This document shows positions 16,831-26,509 of a DNA stretch of 41,698 nt, one piece after another. Location: positions 1 to 41,698 of the forward strand of contig JAHEYM010000002.1 of the NCBI GenBank assembly GCA_023251595.1, in the 5' to 3' direction. The position numbers and the translations under genes are program-made. The notes beneath the pieces were generated by a model. It had not been told where the DNA came from. It worked only from the letters and a program-made list of their open reading frames with translations, and did not search any database. This DNA is from Bacteroidota bacterium. GTDB lineage: Bacteria; Bacteroidota; Bacteroidia; AKYH767-A; JABDAW01. Within the stretch, counting starts at the first letter, position 1. Each line of letters opens with the position of its first letter.

Positions 16831-16867
16831 TCCCTCATCCCCGACCCCTCTCCCACGGGAGAAGGGA
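16831..16867 (+). repeat. Truncated copy of nested palindromic element family 1; possible terminator
   Basis: TCCCTCATCCCCGACCCCTCTCCCACGGGAGAAGGGA begins immediately after the receptor TAA. It is nearly identical to the first ~45 nt of the 22574-22653 copy read on the minus strand. Confidence 0.65.
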
Positions 16868-17100
16868 GATGCACTCTCTTGCAAGCGAAGCATTTAAAAA
16901 AATATTTTGCTCAAGGAGAAGGATTTAGTGCAAACTACACTATATTTGCCGTGAATTAATGAGTTCCATGACCGAATTTTTCTCTAAGTGGAGAAATATT
17001 CGTCTCATTATTCCCTTCTTTGTCAATACCAACGAGTTGTATCGTTCATCATTGCTATTGATATTATTTACAGTTAAATAAAAGGTGGAACTCATTACGT

Positions 17101-17499
17101 ATGGAACAATTCAGGTTTAAGACCGCGATGCTGATCGACGACAGCGAGGTCGATATTTATATTAATAAAAACATGCTTCAGATCTCGGAGTTTGCGGAGA
17201 ACGTACTCGTGAAGCACTCAGCGCAGGAAGCACTTGATTTCCTAAATAAGGAATCGGAAAACGTTGAAGCTCTTCCTTCTGTAATATTCCTTGATTTGAT
17301 GATGCCGGGAATGGATGGATTCGGATTTCTTAAAGAGTTTGAAAAACTACCCAATACGGTTCACAACTCCTGCAAAATTATCGTGCTCACTTCCTCTGTC
17401 CATCAACAGGATCATGATCGCGCAATGCAAAACAGGTTTGTAAGTGCCTTTATGACGAAACCGTTGTATGCGGGTAAATTGTCCGAAATTAAACTTTAG
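17101..17499 (+). CDS. Stand-alone response regulator receiver domain (CheY-like)
   Basis: 132 aa with IDDSEVD, FLDLMMPGMDGF (phospho-acceptor Asp), VLTSS and KPL. Confidence 0.9.
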   Translation: MEQFRFKTAMLIDDSEVDIYINKNMLQISEFAENVLVKHSAQEALDFLNKESENVEALPSVIFLDLMMPGMDGFGFLKEFEKLPNTVHNSCKIIVLTSSVHQQDHDRAMQNRFVSAFMTKPLYAGKLSEIKL

Positions 17500-18424
17500 A
17501 TTTTACGAATTTGTAGAGGTTGAAATCTTCTTTTTTAACAAGATTCGAAATCTCCTTTTCGAGCAAAGTGCGATCAACATCTTTCATCCTTTTTGTACTG
17601 ATCAACCGATAAGCTTTTTCTGTTAGAACAGAGATCTTTTTTTGGTTGAAAGAAAGTGTTTGATGCTCCCCGATTTTTACGATTAACTCAGGAATACCAA
17701 CACCCGTAACAGCAATTGTACGAACAACCGGAGGAAGAACTTCACCCTGATAATGAGTATGTATCATCAATTCGAGAGATGAAATAAATGCTTCTGCACC
17801 TTCGTGATCTGATTTATTCACCACAAAAATATCCGCGATTTCCATGATACCCGATTTGATGGTTTGCACTTCATCGCCAAGACCCGGTTGAAGAACAACA
17901 AGTGTTGTATCAGCAATTGCCACTACCTCCACTTCAGATTGACCGACGCCGACAGTTTCAACAAAAATCCAATCAAAGCCCGACGTTTTCATCACATCAA
18001 TCACTTCAATAATTTTGTCGGAAAGTCCGCCGAGACTGCCTCTTGTTGCAAGCGAACGAATAAATACCCGCGGATTATTAAAATGTTCACTCATTCTCAG
18101 ACGGTCTCCCAGCAATGATCCTTGTGTGAATGGTGAAGTAGGATCAACCGCGATTACGCCGATTCTGTAGTGCTCTTGGGTGAGAAGATAACCAATCAGC
18201 GCATTTACGAGCGTACTTTTCCCCGAACCCGGAGGACCTGTTATGCCCACGACACGGTTTCTGCTATTTGAATCGAACGATTGAAGAATCTCTTCATAAC
18301 CCGCCGATTCATTCTCCACCAAAGAGATGGCACGCGACAGGGCTTTAAAATCGCCTTCACGAAGCGATTGAATAAGAATATTGAGTTCAGACGTCGTCAA
18401 TTCAAAGTTGAAAAAGATTGTCAC
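17489..18424 (-). CDS. meaB: Methylmalonyl-CoA mutase-associated GTPase MeaB/ArgK family
   Basis: Contains GPPGSGKST, VDPTSPFTQGSLLGDR, ETVGVGQSE and NKSD. Confidence 0.9.
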   Translation of the reverse strand: MTIFFNFELTTSELNILIQSLREGDFKALSRAISLVENESAGYEEILQSFDSNSRNRVVGITGPPGSGKSTLVNALIGYLLTQEHYRIGVIAVDPTSPFTQGSLLGDRLRMSEHFNNPRVFIRSLATRGSLGGLSDKIIEVIDVMKTSGFDWIFVETVGVGQSEVEVVAIADTTLVVLQPGLGDEVQTIKSGIMEIADIFVVNKSDHEGAEAFISSLELMIHTHYQGEVLPPVVRTIAVTGVGIPELIVKIGEHQTLSFNQKKISVLTEKAYRLISTKRMKDVDRTLLEKEISNLVKKEDFNLYKFVKSKV

Positions 18425-18468
18425 AAAGAAACGAAGAAATCTTTATCTTGCCGCCATTCTTTATTCGG

Positions 18469-19239
18469 ATGAATATTTCGATTTCGTGTGTTGTAATTAC
18501 ATTGAATGAAGAGCGGAATCTTGCACGCTGTCTGCAATCCCTTTATACAGTTGCAGATGAGTTGGTTGTGGTTGATAGTTTTTCGACCGACAAAACAGAA
18601 GAAATAGCCCGCTCATTCGGCGCCCGTTTCATGACAAATAAGTTCGTTGGACATATCGAACAAAAGAATTTTGCAAAAGCACAAGCGACAAACGATTACA
18701 TTCTTTCACTCGATGCAGATGAAGAATTATCGGCAGAATTAATAAAATCTATTCTCGAGGTAAAAGCAAATTGGAAATCGGATGGATATTTCATGAATCG
18801 TTTATCGAATTATTGCGGACAATGGATCAGACATAGTGGTTGGTATCCGGATACAAAAATGCGATTGTTTGATCGTAGAAAAGGACAATGGAAGGGGAGA
18901 AATCCTCACGACCAATATAATATTGATGCAGGAAATTCAACCTCTTTTTTAAAAGGCGATATTTTACATTACACTTATTATACGGTTGAAGAACATCGTA
19001 GGCAAGCAGAAAAATTTGCGAACATTGCTGCGCAATCTCATTTCGATGCGGGTATTCGTTCAAGTTATTTTATGTTGGTCGTGAAAACTGTGTCTAAGTT
19101 CATCCGGAATTATATTATAAAAGCAGGATTTCTCGATGGAAGAAATGGTTTTATTATTTGCAGAATCACTGCATGGGAAACATGGATGAAATATAAGAAA
19201 TTAATTTTATTAACCAGGAATGCCCGGAGAGGACATTAA
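18469..19239 (+). CDS. Family 2 glycosyltransferase (LPS-core type)
   Basis: The likely start is ATG 18469 (MNISISCVVITLNEE). The track start at 18418 is a TTG that overlaps meaB. Motifs VVDSFSTDKTEE and LSLDADEE are present. Confidence 0.85.
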   Translation: MNISISCVVITLNEERNLARCLQSLYTVADELVVVDSFSTDKTEEIARSFGARFMTNKFVGHIEQKNFAKAQATNDYILSLDADEELSAELIKSILEVKANWKSDGYFMNRLSNYCGQWIRHSGWYPDTKMRLFDRRKGQWKGRNPHDQYNIDAGNSTSFLKGDILHYTYYTVEEHRRQAEKFANIAAQSHFDAGIRSSYFMLVVKTVSKFIRNYIIKAGFLDGRNGFIICRITAWETWMKYKKLILLTRNARRGH

Positions 19240-20810
19240 TTTTCTTTCGGTTTAGCAAACAGAAAAAACACACTGAAAAATACGAAGAATGTTACCCCGG
19301 GTTGTGTTTCGAGCGTGTCTTCAGTGAACATCGAAAGAATGGCAATGAATAAAAAGGTTGCATAAAAATAATCGTTCCACATTTTATTTCTTATGATCGG
19401 GTAGAAAAGGGAAAATAAAAATATCGTCAACCCGACCAGCCCAAGTGTTATCGTGATAGAAAGATATTGATCATGCGCTTTTAAACGATGATGTTTGTCG
19501 AGACGAGAGCCATCCGCCTCATATTGTCGTTCGAATGCAGAGTTAATATCGCCCGTTCCAACACCAAACACAGGATTTTTTTTAATAATTTCTGTTGCGG
19601 TTTTCCAATATTCAACCCGCTGTATAACAGAATGACCGCTTGGATTTCCACCTTTCAGATAATCATTAATTTCCCAGGCAATCTCATGAATACGCGATTG
19701 AATTCCACCGTTAATATATAATGCATTTGTAGCTCCCTGTTCTATATTCCGGATATCTTCGTCACTTAACATTTTCATTCCTTCAGCGTCTTTTCTCAAT
19801 CCTTTGGATGTCATATATCTGATCAGTGTATATTTTAATATATGTCCACGGGAATTTACGTCATCGAACGACACCTTGCTTCTTTTCGGCCATTCTGTTT
19901 GCAGATCGTACCAGCACACATAATTCCAGATAAGATGACCATTCTCCGTCATTTCATTTTCAGAATGGTTCTCATAATTATGTCGCTCAACAGTGAGTGT
20001 GTCTGATGGCTCAGCGTGTTTGTCCAAAACAGTTGAGACCTGTTTATATATAGTTAAAGAATAAACAATCAAGCCGGTCGGAATTAAGATGAGGAGCGCA
20101 ACAATTCCCATTTTCAAAAATTTATTTTTCAACCTGAAAATAAAATAAACTCCGAGACCCAACAATACAATCAGAAGAATGATCATTCCGGTAACAGCTT
20201 GCAGAATAACAAGAAAACCGAAGAACCATGTCATCAATACCAACAGCAAGAGTGTTGCAATTCGAGGAATTGATTTGTGATAAGTATATATAAAATAAAT
20301 GATGGTGAGAATTCCGATATCAATATAAAAACTAAAACGGATATGAGAAATAAAGACCGAGATATCGCGGATATCAATTACATGATGCCAGGTCCAGCCG
20401 AGCCAGACTATGGTGCAATGCAGTGTAGCATAAAGTACTGCAGCAAGATACAGCATCATAAAACGATTGAAGTTTTTTAATGACAGACGTGGAGAAGTCG
20501 ATACGACCAGGGGCAAAACAAGCATTGGTAATTTAATCCGAAGATCGTTCCATCCGTAATTGCTATCGGAAGTATACAACATTCCCAGCGCGTGCATTAC
20601 AAAAAGCAGCGTTAGTGCGAGCGCGGGTCGGTTGCGGATAAAAGATTTTAATTTCTTCCGGAGATCACCATCAATCACCCAGGCTAATGCCATGATAAAT
20701 TGTGACCATGTCATGATCAGTTTAGAGATGGGAAGGGAAGCAACGAGTAAAACCAGCCCAATAAAATAAAGGACTTTAGCGAACTCCCGTCTGCCTGAAA
20801 AATTCAGCAA
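19236..20810 (-). CDS. O-antigen ligase (Wzy_C) family polytopic membrane protein
   Basis: Has many TM segments. FGVGTGDINSAF...HRLKAHDQYLSITITLGLVGL resembles the Wzy_C signature. The start codon is uncertain; the track uses a TTG. Confidence 0.65.
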   Translation of the reverse strand: MLNFSGRREFAKVLYFIGLVLLVASLPISKLIMTWSQFIMALAWVIDGDLRKKLKSFIRNRPALALTLLFVMHALGMLYTSDSNYGWNDLRIKLPMLVLPLVVSTSPRLSLKNFNRFMMLYLAAVLYATLHCTIVWLGWTWHHVIDIRDISVFISHIRFSFYIDIGILTIIYFIYTYHKSIPRIATLLLLVLMTWFFGFLVILQAVTGMIILLIVLLGLGVYFIFRLKNKFLKMGIVALLILIPTGLIVYSLTIYKQVSTVLDKHAEPSDTLTVERHNYENHSENEMTENGHLIWNYVCWYDLQTEWPKRSKVSFDDVNSRGHILKYTLIRYMTSKGLRKDAEGMKMLSDEDIRNIEQGATNALYINGGIQSRIHEIAWEINDYLKGGNPSGHSVIQRVEYWKTATEIIKKNPVFGVGTGDINSAFERQYEADGSRLDKHHRLKAHDQYLSITITLGLVGLTIFLFSLFYPIIRNKMWNDYFYATFLFIAILSMFTEDTLETQPGVTFFVFFSVFFLFAKPKEN

Positions 20811-20832
20811 GTCTTAAACCGGCTTGCCGGAA

Positions 20833-22533
20833 TTATTTAAGCGTATCCTTGACAACTTCAGGGTCTTTGTACGTGCCTGCAAGTATCGAAGTCAGCAAAT
20901 CATGATTTCCAAGCACTTCCAATCCCTTCTTTACCTCAGGATCGTTTACAAACGAGGCTTCGATACGGCCAACCTGATAATAATATCGTGAGACTATTTC
21001 TTCCTGGGTAAGACGAATAATTTCGTCCTTATTTTTTTGAAGATCAGCTTTTTTATTATGCGTCATTTTTATTTTCAGTGCATCGAATTCCGGTTTAATA
21101 TCGCTGAAACTTTTATCTTTTGTCGCGGCTTTTTGTAATTCCTCAAGCTTATTATCGCTCGGTGTTGTGTAATCATATTCTTTGTCGGCAAGGAAAGCAA
21201 GCAAATCATTAAAATCAGAATCAGTGAGTTTGAAATCTTTTGCCGGTGGGATAGTCTCGTGTTTTAATTTATATTGGGTTGCAAAATCAAAGATGAGTAA
21301 TTTAGTAATAAGGGTTTGAGCAATACTGCTTGGGGTCATTCTGGGAATTTTTACATCGGGTAAGATACCACCACCATCGAATACGGTACGTTTGCTTTTC
21401 ACTGTTTTAAAAGCAGTGATTAAAGAATCAGGAATATGCCCGACGCTACCATCTTCATTCCGATGAGAATAATCCAATGCCTGAATGCATCTTCCACTCG
21501 GCACATAATATTTTGCTGTTGTAACTTTCAGTTGACTGTTATAACTCAGTGGTCTGGTGGTCTGAACTAATCCTTTCCCAAATGTTCTTTGGCCAATAAT
21601 GACTGCACGATCGAGATCCTGTAATGAACCGGAAACAATTTCGGAAGCAGAAGCAGAACCGCTATTCACGAGGACTACAACGGGAAGTTCGGTATCGACA
21701 GCAGGGTAAACGGCTTTATATGATTTGTCCCACTCCTTCACTTTTCCACGTGTACTGACAACTTCCTGCCCCTTTTGAATTAATATATTTACGATGTTAA
21801 CGGATTCATTTAATAAACCACCGGGATTACCACGGAGATCGATCATCAATCCTTTAATATTATGTTTCTCTTTCAGATCGATCATTGCTTCTTTTACTTC
21901 TTTGCTTGCTTCCTCGGTGAAGCTCGTTAATTTTATATATCCGAAATTGTCACCGATAACACCATAATAAGGAACGCTTTTTATTTTTATTTCATCGCGC
22001 ATCACGGTTTTCAGCATATCATTTTTTTCGCCTTCTCTTCTGATCAGTAATTTCACTTCTGTTTTCGCCTGACCTTTCAATGCTTTACTGATTTCGTCTG
22101 TCTTTTTCCCCTTGGTTGTTTTTCCATCAATTTCTAGAATTACATCACCGGCGATGAGACCAGCTTTATCTGCAGGAAATCCTTTATATGGCTCAGAAAT
22201 AACAACGTAATCGCCTTTTTGTCTGACCTGCGCTCCGATGCCTCCGTATTGCCCCGTGGTCATGAAACGATAATCTTCTATATCCGATTCCGGTATATAA
22301 TTGGTGTACGGGTCGAGCGATTCAAGCATTGCATCAATACCTTTTTTCATCAATTTGTTCGGATCAGTTTCATCTACATAATAAATATTAAGTTCGCGGA
22401 AAAGGGACGCGAAAATATCCAGGTTTTTAGAAATCTCGAAGTAATTATCCGCGAGGGCGTACGCTAAAAATGAACTAAAGAAGATCCCCAGAACGAGGAC
22501 ATATTTTCTTGATTTTTTCCAGATGTTTTTCAT
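20833..22533 (-). CDS. S41 family C-terminal processing peptidase with PDZ domain
   Basis: The likely start is ATG 22533 (MKNIWKKSRKYVLVLGIFF), because the track extension runs into a palindromic repeat. Motifs GLIAGDVILEIDG (PDZ), RGNPGG, NSGSASASEI and TFGKGLVQ are present. Confidence 0.9.
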   Translation of the reverse strand: MKNIWKKSRKYVLVLGIFFSSFLAYALADNYFEISKNLDIFASLFRELNIYYVDETDPNKLMKKGIDAMLESLDPYTNYIPESDIEDYRFMTTGQYGGIGAQVRQKGDYVVISEPYKGFPADKAGLIAGDVILEIDGKTTKGKKTDEISKALKGQAKTEVKLLIRREGEKNDMLKTVMRDEIKIKSVPYYGVIGDNFGYIKLTSFTEEASKEVKEAMIDLKEKHNIKGLMIDLRGNPGGLLNESVNIVNILIQKGQEVVSTRGKVKEWDKSYKAVYPAVDTELPVVVLVNSGSASASEIVSGSLQDLDRAVIIGQRTFGKGLVQTTRPLSYNSQLKVTTAKYYVPSGRCIQALDYSHRNEDGSVGHIPDSLITAFKTVKSKRTVFDGGGILPDVKIPRMTPSSIAQTLITKLLIFDFATQYKLKHETIPPAKDFKLTDSDFNDLLAFLADKEYDYTTPSDNKLEELQKAATKDKSFSDIKPEFDALKIKMTHNKKADLQKNKDEIIRLTQEEIVSRYYYQVGRIEASFVNDPEVKKGLEVLGNHDLLTSILAGTYKDPEVVKDTLK

Positions 22534-22573
22534 ATATATATATTGTTTTTGTTTCTGTTCAATTCGATGTTTT

Positions 22574-22653
22574 TCCCTCATCCTTTGTCCCTCTCCCAAA
22601 GGAGAGGGAAATTGACTCCCTTCTCCCTTGGGAGAAGGGTCGGGGATGAGGGA
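22574..22653 (-). repeat. Complete nested palindromic element (family 1) abutting the yidD stop codon
   Basis: Outer arms TCCCTCATCC (22574-22583) and GGATGAGGGA (22644-22653) enclose two perfect hairpins: TCCCTCTCC-caaa-GGAGAGGGA (22588-22609) and CCCTTCTCCC-tt-GGGAGAAGGG (22618-22639). Confidence 0.75.
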
Positions 22654-22863
22654 TTATGGTACGGGATCATGTCCATGTCCGCCCCAGGGACCGCAGGAGA
22701 TCAACCTTTTCAACGTTAAATATCCTCCTCTGATGGGCCCATATTTTTTTATTGCTTCGATTCCATATTGTGAACAAGTTGGTGTATAACGACATGCAGG
22801 CATTAACAGAGGTGAAATTGCTTTTTGATAAATCGTGATGATTGCGATGAGGATCCACTTCAT
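22654..22863 (-). CDS. yidD: Membrane protein insertion efficiency factor YidD
   Basis: 69 aa with [27 protein letters not shown]. There is a 4-nt overlap with rnpA. Confidence 0.9.
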   Translation of the reverse strand: MKWILIAIITIYQKAISPLLMPACRYTPTCSQYGIEAIKKYGPIRGGYLTLKRLISCGPWGGHGHDPVP

Positions 22864-23306
22864 TTTTCGATTTGGTGTGTCAGTGCATCCGCTCTGAAAC
22901 GCTCTAAACAGGATATTATTTTATGCTCCAGTTCAATAAATGGAAGGATGCTTTTCCCAGTATAAATCCATCCGATCATTATTTTTATCCCATACTGAGT
23001 AAGTAATTCATTCAAGTGGATGATTTGTTTACGATAGATTTCTTTCATCTGTCGTCTTATTTTGTTTCGGTCGACCGAGCGTGGAAACGATCGTTTGGGA
23101 ATCATAAATATGCATTGAAGCGCTTTGTTTCCGGGGTGAGTGGTTTTCAACCAAATAAGTTTTACAGGAAAGGTCTTAATAGGTTTCCCTTCCTTGAATA
23201 AAGTGTCGATCAACGTCTTGCTTCGTAGAAGGTTTTCCTTCCCAAAAGAAGATATTTCGCTAAGTGGAGAGATTTTACTTGTTGTAATGTTTAAGATATT
23301 GCTCAA
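22860..23306 (-). CDS. rnpA: Ribonuclease P protein component
   Basis: Contains [16 protein letters not shown] and the RNR-type motif [14 protein letters not shown]. The start is uncertain; the ATG at 23306 overlaps the upstream gene by 32 nt. Confidence 0.8.
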   Translation of the reverse strand: MSNILNITTSKISPLSEISSFGKENLLRSKTLIDTLFKEGKPIKTFPVKLIWLKTTHPGNKALQCIFMIPKRSFPRSVDRNKIRRQMKEIYRKQIIHLNELLTQYGIKIMIGWIYTGKSILPFIELEHKIISCLERFRADALTHQIEK

Positions 23307-24069
23307 TCGCCATAGTCATAGAAGGTGCGTTCTGAAGTGGTGCCTGCACGTCTAACTGAAGTCCTGCTTCGATCACGGCCTGACAGGTAGTAGGACCAAA
23401 AGCGGCAATTTTAGTGGAATTTTGTCTGAATTCCGGGAAGTTTTTATAGAGTGATGCCAGACCTGAGGGTGTGAAAAGTACGAGCATATCGTAATTAGGA
23501 AGCGAGAGATTCGACAGATCGCTGCAAAGAGTTTTGTAGATTACAGCTTTTTTATAGTCAATTTTATTTTTCTCAAGGGTATCCGCCATTTCCTGTTTGA
23601 TGATGTCAGTACAGGGAAGCATAAACTTTTCTTTACGGTTTTTTTTGATCACATCAATGAGTTCAGAAATTGTTTGCTTACCGTAAAAAACTTTTCGTTT
23701 TCTATACACAACGTATTTCTGCAGGTAATAAGCTACTGATTCAGACATGCAGAAATATTTTGTTGTATCGGGCACCGTCATTCGCAATTCATTCGCAATC
23801 CGAAAGAAGTGATCGATTGCCATGCGGCTTGTGAAAATGATAGCGGTAAACTCATTCAGATTTATTCTTTCTTTTCGAAAGTCTTTGGCATCGACACCCT
23901 CTATCTGAATGAACTCCCGAAAATCGATTTTAACGCCATACTTCTTCGCTATCTCGAAATATGGAGACGTCGAGTCGGGGTACGGCTGCGTTACTAAAAT
24001 TGTTCTTATCTTGCTACTATTCCCCAAAGGCTTAGAGACTGCTTCAAGGGTTACACTTTCGGAGGGCAT
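23275..24069 (-). CDS. hemD: Uroporphyrinogen-III synthase-like (HEM4 family)
   Basis: Contains ILVTQP, AIIFTSRMAIDHFF and AAFGPTTCQAVIEAGL. It is adjacent to a DUF4271-like membrane gene, as is common in Bacteroidota. Confidence 0.65.
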   Translation of the reverse strand: MPSESVTLEAVSKPLGNSSKIRTILVTQPYPDSTSPYFEIAKKYGVKIDFREFIQIEGVDAKDFRKERINLNEFTAIIFTSRMAIDHFFRIANELRMTVPDTTKYFCMSESVAYYLQKYVVYRKRKVFYGKQTISELIDVIKKNRKEKFMLPCTDIIKQEMADTLEKNKIDYKKAVIYKTLCSDLSNLSLPNYDMLVLFTPSGLASLYKNFPEFRQNSTKIAAFGPTTCQAVIEAGLQLDVQAPLQNAPSMTMAIEQYLKHYNK

Positions 24070-24095
24070 ACGTTGAATAACTTTTTAGTTCTCAA

Positions 24096-24911
24096 CTACT
24101 TAACTCTGAAAATTCCCCAAAGGATCAACAATGGACCAATTTCCAGGGCGCAAAGATACAAAAATAAATATAAAGAGGAAAATCCGATTCTCCCTGAAGC
24201 TGCAATGACACCCCTTCCTAAACGGAAGATGTATGCGATGGCAGAAAAACCGATCCCGATCTGAAGAAGGATAACTTTGAAATCATACTGAAGGAAGATC
24301 ACCAGAATTACGATCGGAAGTAGAATGATCCCGAGCATGTTGTTGATGAGGAACAGATTAAATATATAAGTCGTTACAGGCTTATACACTCTAAAAATCA
24401 AGCCTACAAGTTTCAGGATGACCATCTTCAGAAAATATGCAATGCCCACACCAAGAAGGATTAATAAGAATTTGGGAAATCCCGTTCCTATTGTGTCCGG
24501 CAGAATCTCGTATTTGTTCGATAGAAGGTAAAGGGACATCGCAGCAACCAGATATAAAATGATTGTCAAAAGCAAAGATGCTCTTTCAAGCAAAATATTT
24601 TCGTCTCTTACGATCTGATTTGCTGCAGTATTATTAACGACTGCAAATAACATTTGTCGAATAATACGTTCATAAAATACCCTTACCCAGCTCAGGGCGA
24701 GCATCGCACAAAACAAAACAGCGAACATCCAGAATTGACTCTCGCGTGCAATAGGCAACGGACTGGTATGAAGCACCGGAAGCTGATGAGTGCCAAAGAG
24801 CGCAATGGGTTTTTCAGTACGATCAATATATGAAGAAGGGGACGGCTTCTCCGCTAAATCCGTAAATCGAAACGAAGTATCAGGTCGGACGTGAGAAGAA
24901 TCGGAGGCCAT
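24096..24911 (-). CDS. Polytopic membrane protein (DUF4271-like)
   Basis: 271 aa with ~6 hydrophobic segments. The family assignment comes from remembered synteny with hemD and not from a search. Confidence 0.5.
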   Translation of the reverse strand: MASDSSHVRPDTSFRFTDLAEKPSPSSYIDRTEKPIALFGTHQLPVLHTSPLPIARESQFWMFAVLFCAMLALSWVRVFYERIIRQMLFAVVNNTAANQIVRDENILLERASLLLTIILYLVAAMSLYLLSNKYEILPDTIGTGFPKFLLILLGVGIAYFLKMVILKLVGLIFRVYKPVTTYIFNLFLINNMLGIILLPIVILVIFLQYDFKVILLQIGIGFSAIAYIFRLGRGVIAASGRIGFSSLYLFLYLCALEIGPLLILWGIFRVK

Positions 24912-24924
24912 TTACCTCACAAAG

Positions 24925-25887
24925 TTACATCTTAAACGTTCTGGAAATATTGAAGCTGAATTTAAATCCGCCTTTTAACCACGAATCAGTAGTATTTGGA
25001 ATAAATTCGTTTTCGATAATACCAGCCGAATTCGAGAACATGATGGAGAATACATGTCCACCCGTTTCAATCTCATATCCTACTGCGAGTGAATTGAAGA
25101 AGGCTTTTTCCCCGCCAGCATTTTTATAATGTTGCTGGAATGAAGAGAGATTATAGAAGTAATCACTTATCAGTGCAGAATGTTTTGAAATTCTGATTCG
25201 CCCACCGATTCCAATAGAAAAAAAATCGTTCTTATCATATATAAAATTTGATGACGCGTCTGTATAATAATTAGAAACAAAATTGCGATGAACCATTGAA
25301 GGCAGAACTTCTAATGAAAGTTTGCTGCTGAATTTTCTACCGATTATTCCTTGAAAAGTATAACTCAGGCGATGAGAAAACTTATCGAAGTCACCCGTCG
25401 TATTCGCGGCGGTTGTAAGTGCTGCGTTTGTAAAAAGAACTATAGCGAGGGGAATATGGTTATCGGTAGTCTGTTCCAATAATCTGAATTTTAGAAGACC
25501 TTCGAGATTTTCATTTTTTTTACTTCTGCTGAAACCGGCAGTCAGCCTGTCAGTAATTCCATATTCGAAAGCAACACGGATATCTGCGGAATTATCAAAA
25601 CCATATAACTGATGCGATCCTCCACCTGATGTTCCGGCGACATTTCCAAAACGGTGCGTAATACGAAAGTCAAGATTCTTCTTCTTTACAGTCTCCAAGG
25701 ATTGACAATCAATAATACGCGTGGTCTTAAAAATGGCCGTAACCTTTTGATGTCCCGATGTTGAATCATCCGCTAATAACTTTGACAAATCAGTCTGTCC
25801 CAAAGAAATACATGGTAAAAAAAACAAAAATATTATCGGAATAATTCTAAGGTAAACAATATACCTGAATGTTTTTTTTATTTTCAT
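24925..25887 (-). CDS. Putative outer-membrane beta-barrel protein
   Basis: Has a signal peptide, an alternating amphipathic strand pattern, and a terminal aromatic-rich strand KFSFNISRTFKM. It is last in an operon with the YceI gene. Confidence 0.55.
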   Translation of the reverse strand: MKIKKTFRYIVYLRIIPIIFLFFLPCISLGQTDLSKLLADDSTSGHQKVTAIFKTTRIIDCQSLETVKKKNLDFRITHRFGNVAGTSGGGSHQLYGFDNSADIRVAFEYGITDRLTAGFSRSKKNENLEGLLKFRLLEQTTDNHIPLAIVLFTNAALTTAANTTGDFDKFSHRLSYTFQGIIGRKFSSKLSLEVLPSMVHRNFVSNYYTDASSNFIYDKNDFFSIGIGGRIRISKHSALISDYFYNLSSFQQHYKNAGGEKAFFNSLAVGYEIETGGHVFSIMFSNSAGIIENEFIPNTTDSWLKGGFKFSFNISRTFKM

Positions 25888-25946
25888 ATTTTCCGGGTTT
25901 ATCCTTTCAACTTTGAAGTAAAATCATTTCCTCTGAGAATGGAATA

Positions 25947-26492
25947 TCAGCGTTTAAAAGGAACAAGCGTGGCGTCTAATTTAACCTGAATATTTTCAGC
26001 AATATTCTGAAATACCAATCTTGGAATTGTGATACTGTAATCTTTCAACAGTACATAAAACTCCCCTTTCAGTGTAATTTGTCCGTCTTTAATGATAATC
26101 GTTCCTGCCTCGGTTCTCTCTTTTTCAACTCCATGCAAATTGAATTTTCCTGTTGCAGTTACTTTATACTCTCCATCTTTTGTATAATCAATTGTTTCAT
26201 TGATTTTTCCAGTGAATTGCGAATCAGGATATTTATCACTCTCAAGATAATCTTCATTGAAGTGTTCCTGCATCACAGCATCTTTAAAAACAAAGTTTTT
26301 AATATTTACGACGAACTGTAAATCGTTGGTCTCAGTATTCAATACAACCCCAACTTTGGTGTTTTTTGCATCAATATTTTCAATTGTGGCTTTAGAGAAA
26401 AAGCTGATCATTCCAGTTTTAGTCAAGAAAACACCTTGTGAGAATACCTGACAGAAAGGAATGAATGTTAGGAACACGATAAGTTTTTTCAT
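25947..26492 (-). CDS. YceI-like lipid/polyisoprenoid-binding protein
   Basis: Has a signal peptide. FKDAVMQEHFNEDYLESDKYPDSQFTGKI and FNLHGVEKE match YceI patterns. Confidence 0.75.
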   Translation of the reverse strand: MKKLIVFLTFIPFCQVFSQGVFLTKTGMISFFSKATIENIDAKNTKVGVVLNTETNDLQFVVNIKNFVFKDAVMQEHFNEDYLESDKYPDSQFTGKINETIDYTKDGEYKVTATGKFNLHGVEKERTEAGTIIIKDGQITLKGEFYVLLKDYSITIPRLVFQNIAENIQVKLDATLVPFKR

Positions 26493-26509
26493 ATATATAG
26501 TTTAGTTTT

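Noticed and set aside
16959-17084. 41-codon small ORF (MSSMTEFFSKWRNIRL...) in the ~150-nt leader between a TATATTTG box (16941-16948) and the response regulator
   Set aside because: It has no recognisable motif, conservation cannot be assessed, and its composition looks like non-coding AT-rich DNA.
17489-17499. 11-nt convergent 3' overlap between the response regulator and meaB
   Set aside because: The overlap is real in the sequence. Short convergent overlaps are common and there is no associated structure or motif, so functional significance is low.
22534-22599. N-terminal extension MGEGQRMREKHRIEQKQKQYIY of the S41 peptidase ORF
   Set aside because: The extension reads into the palindromic repeat. 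The downstream Met at 22533 gives a normal signal-anchor sequence.
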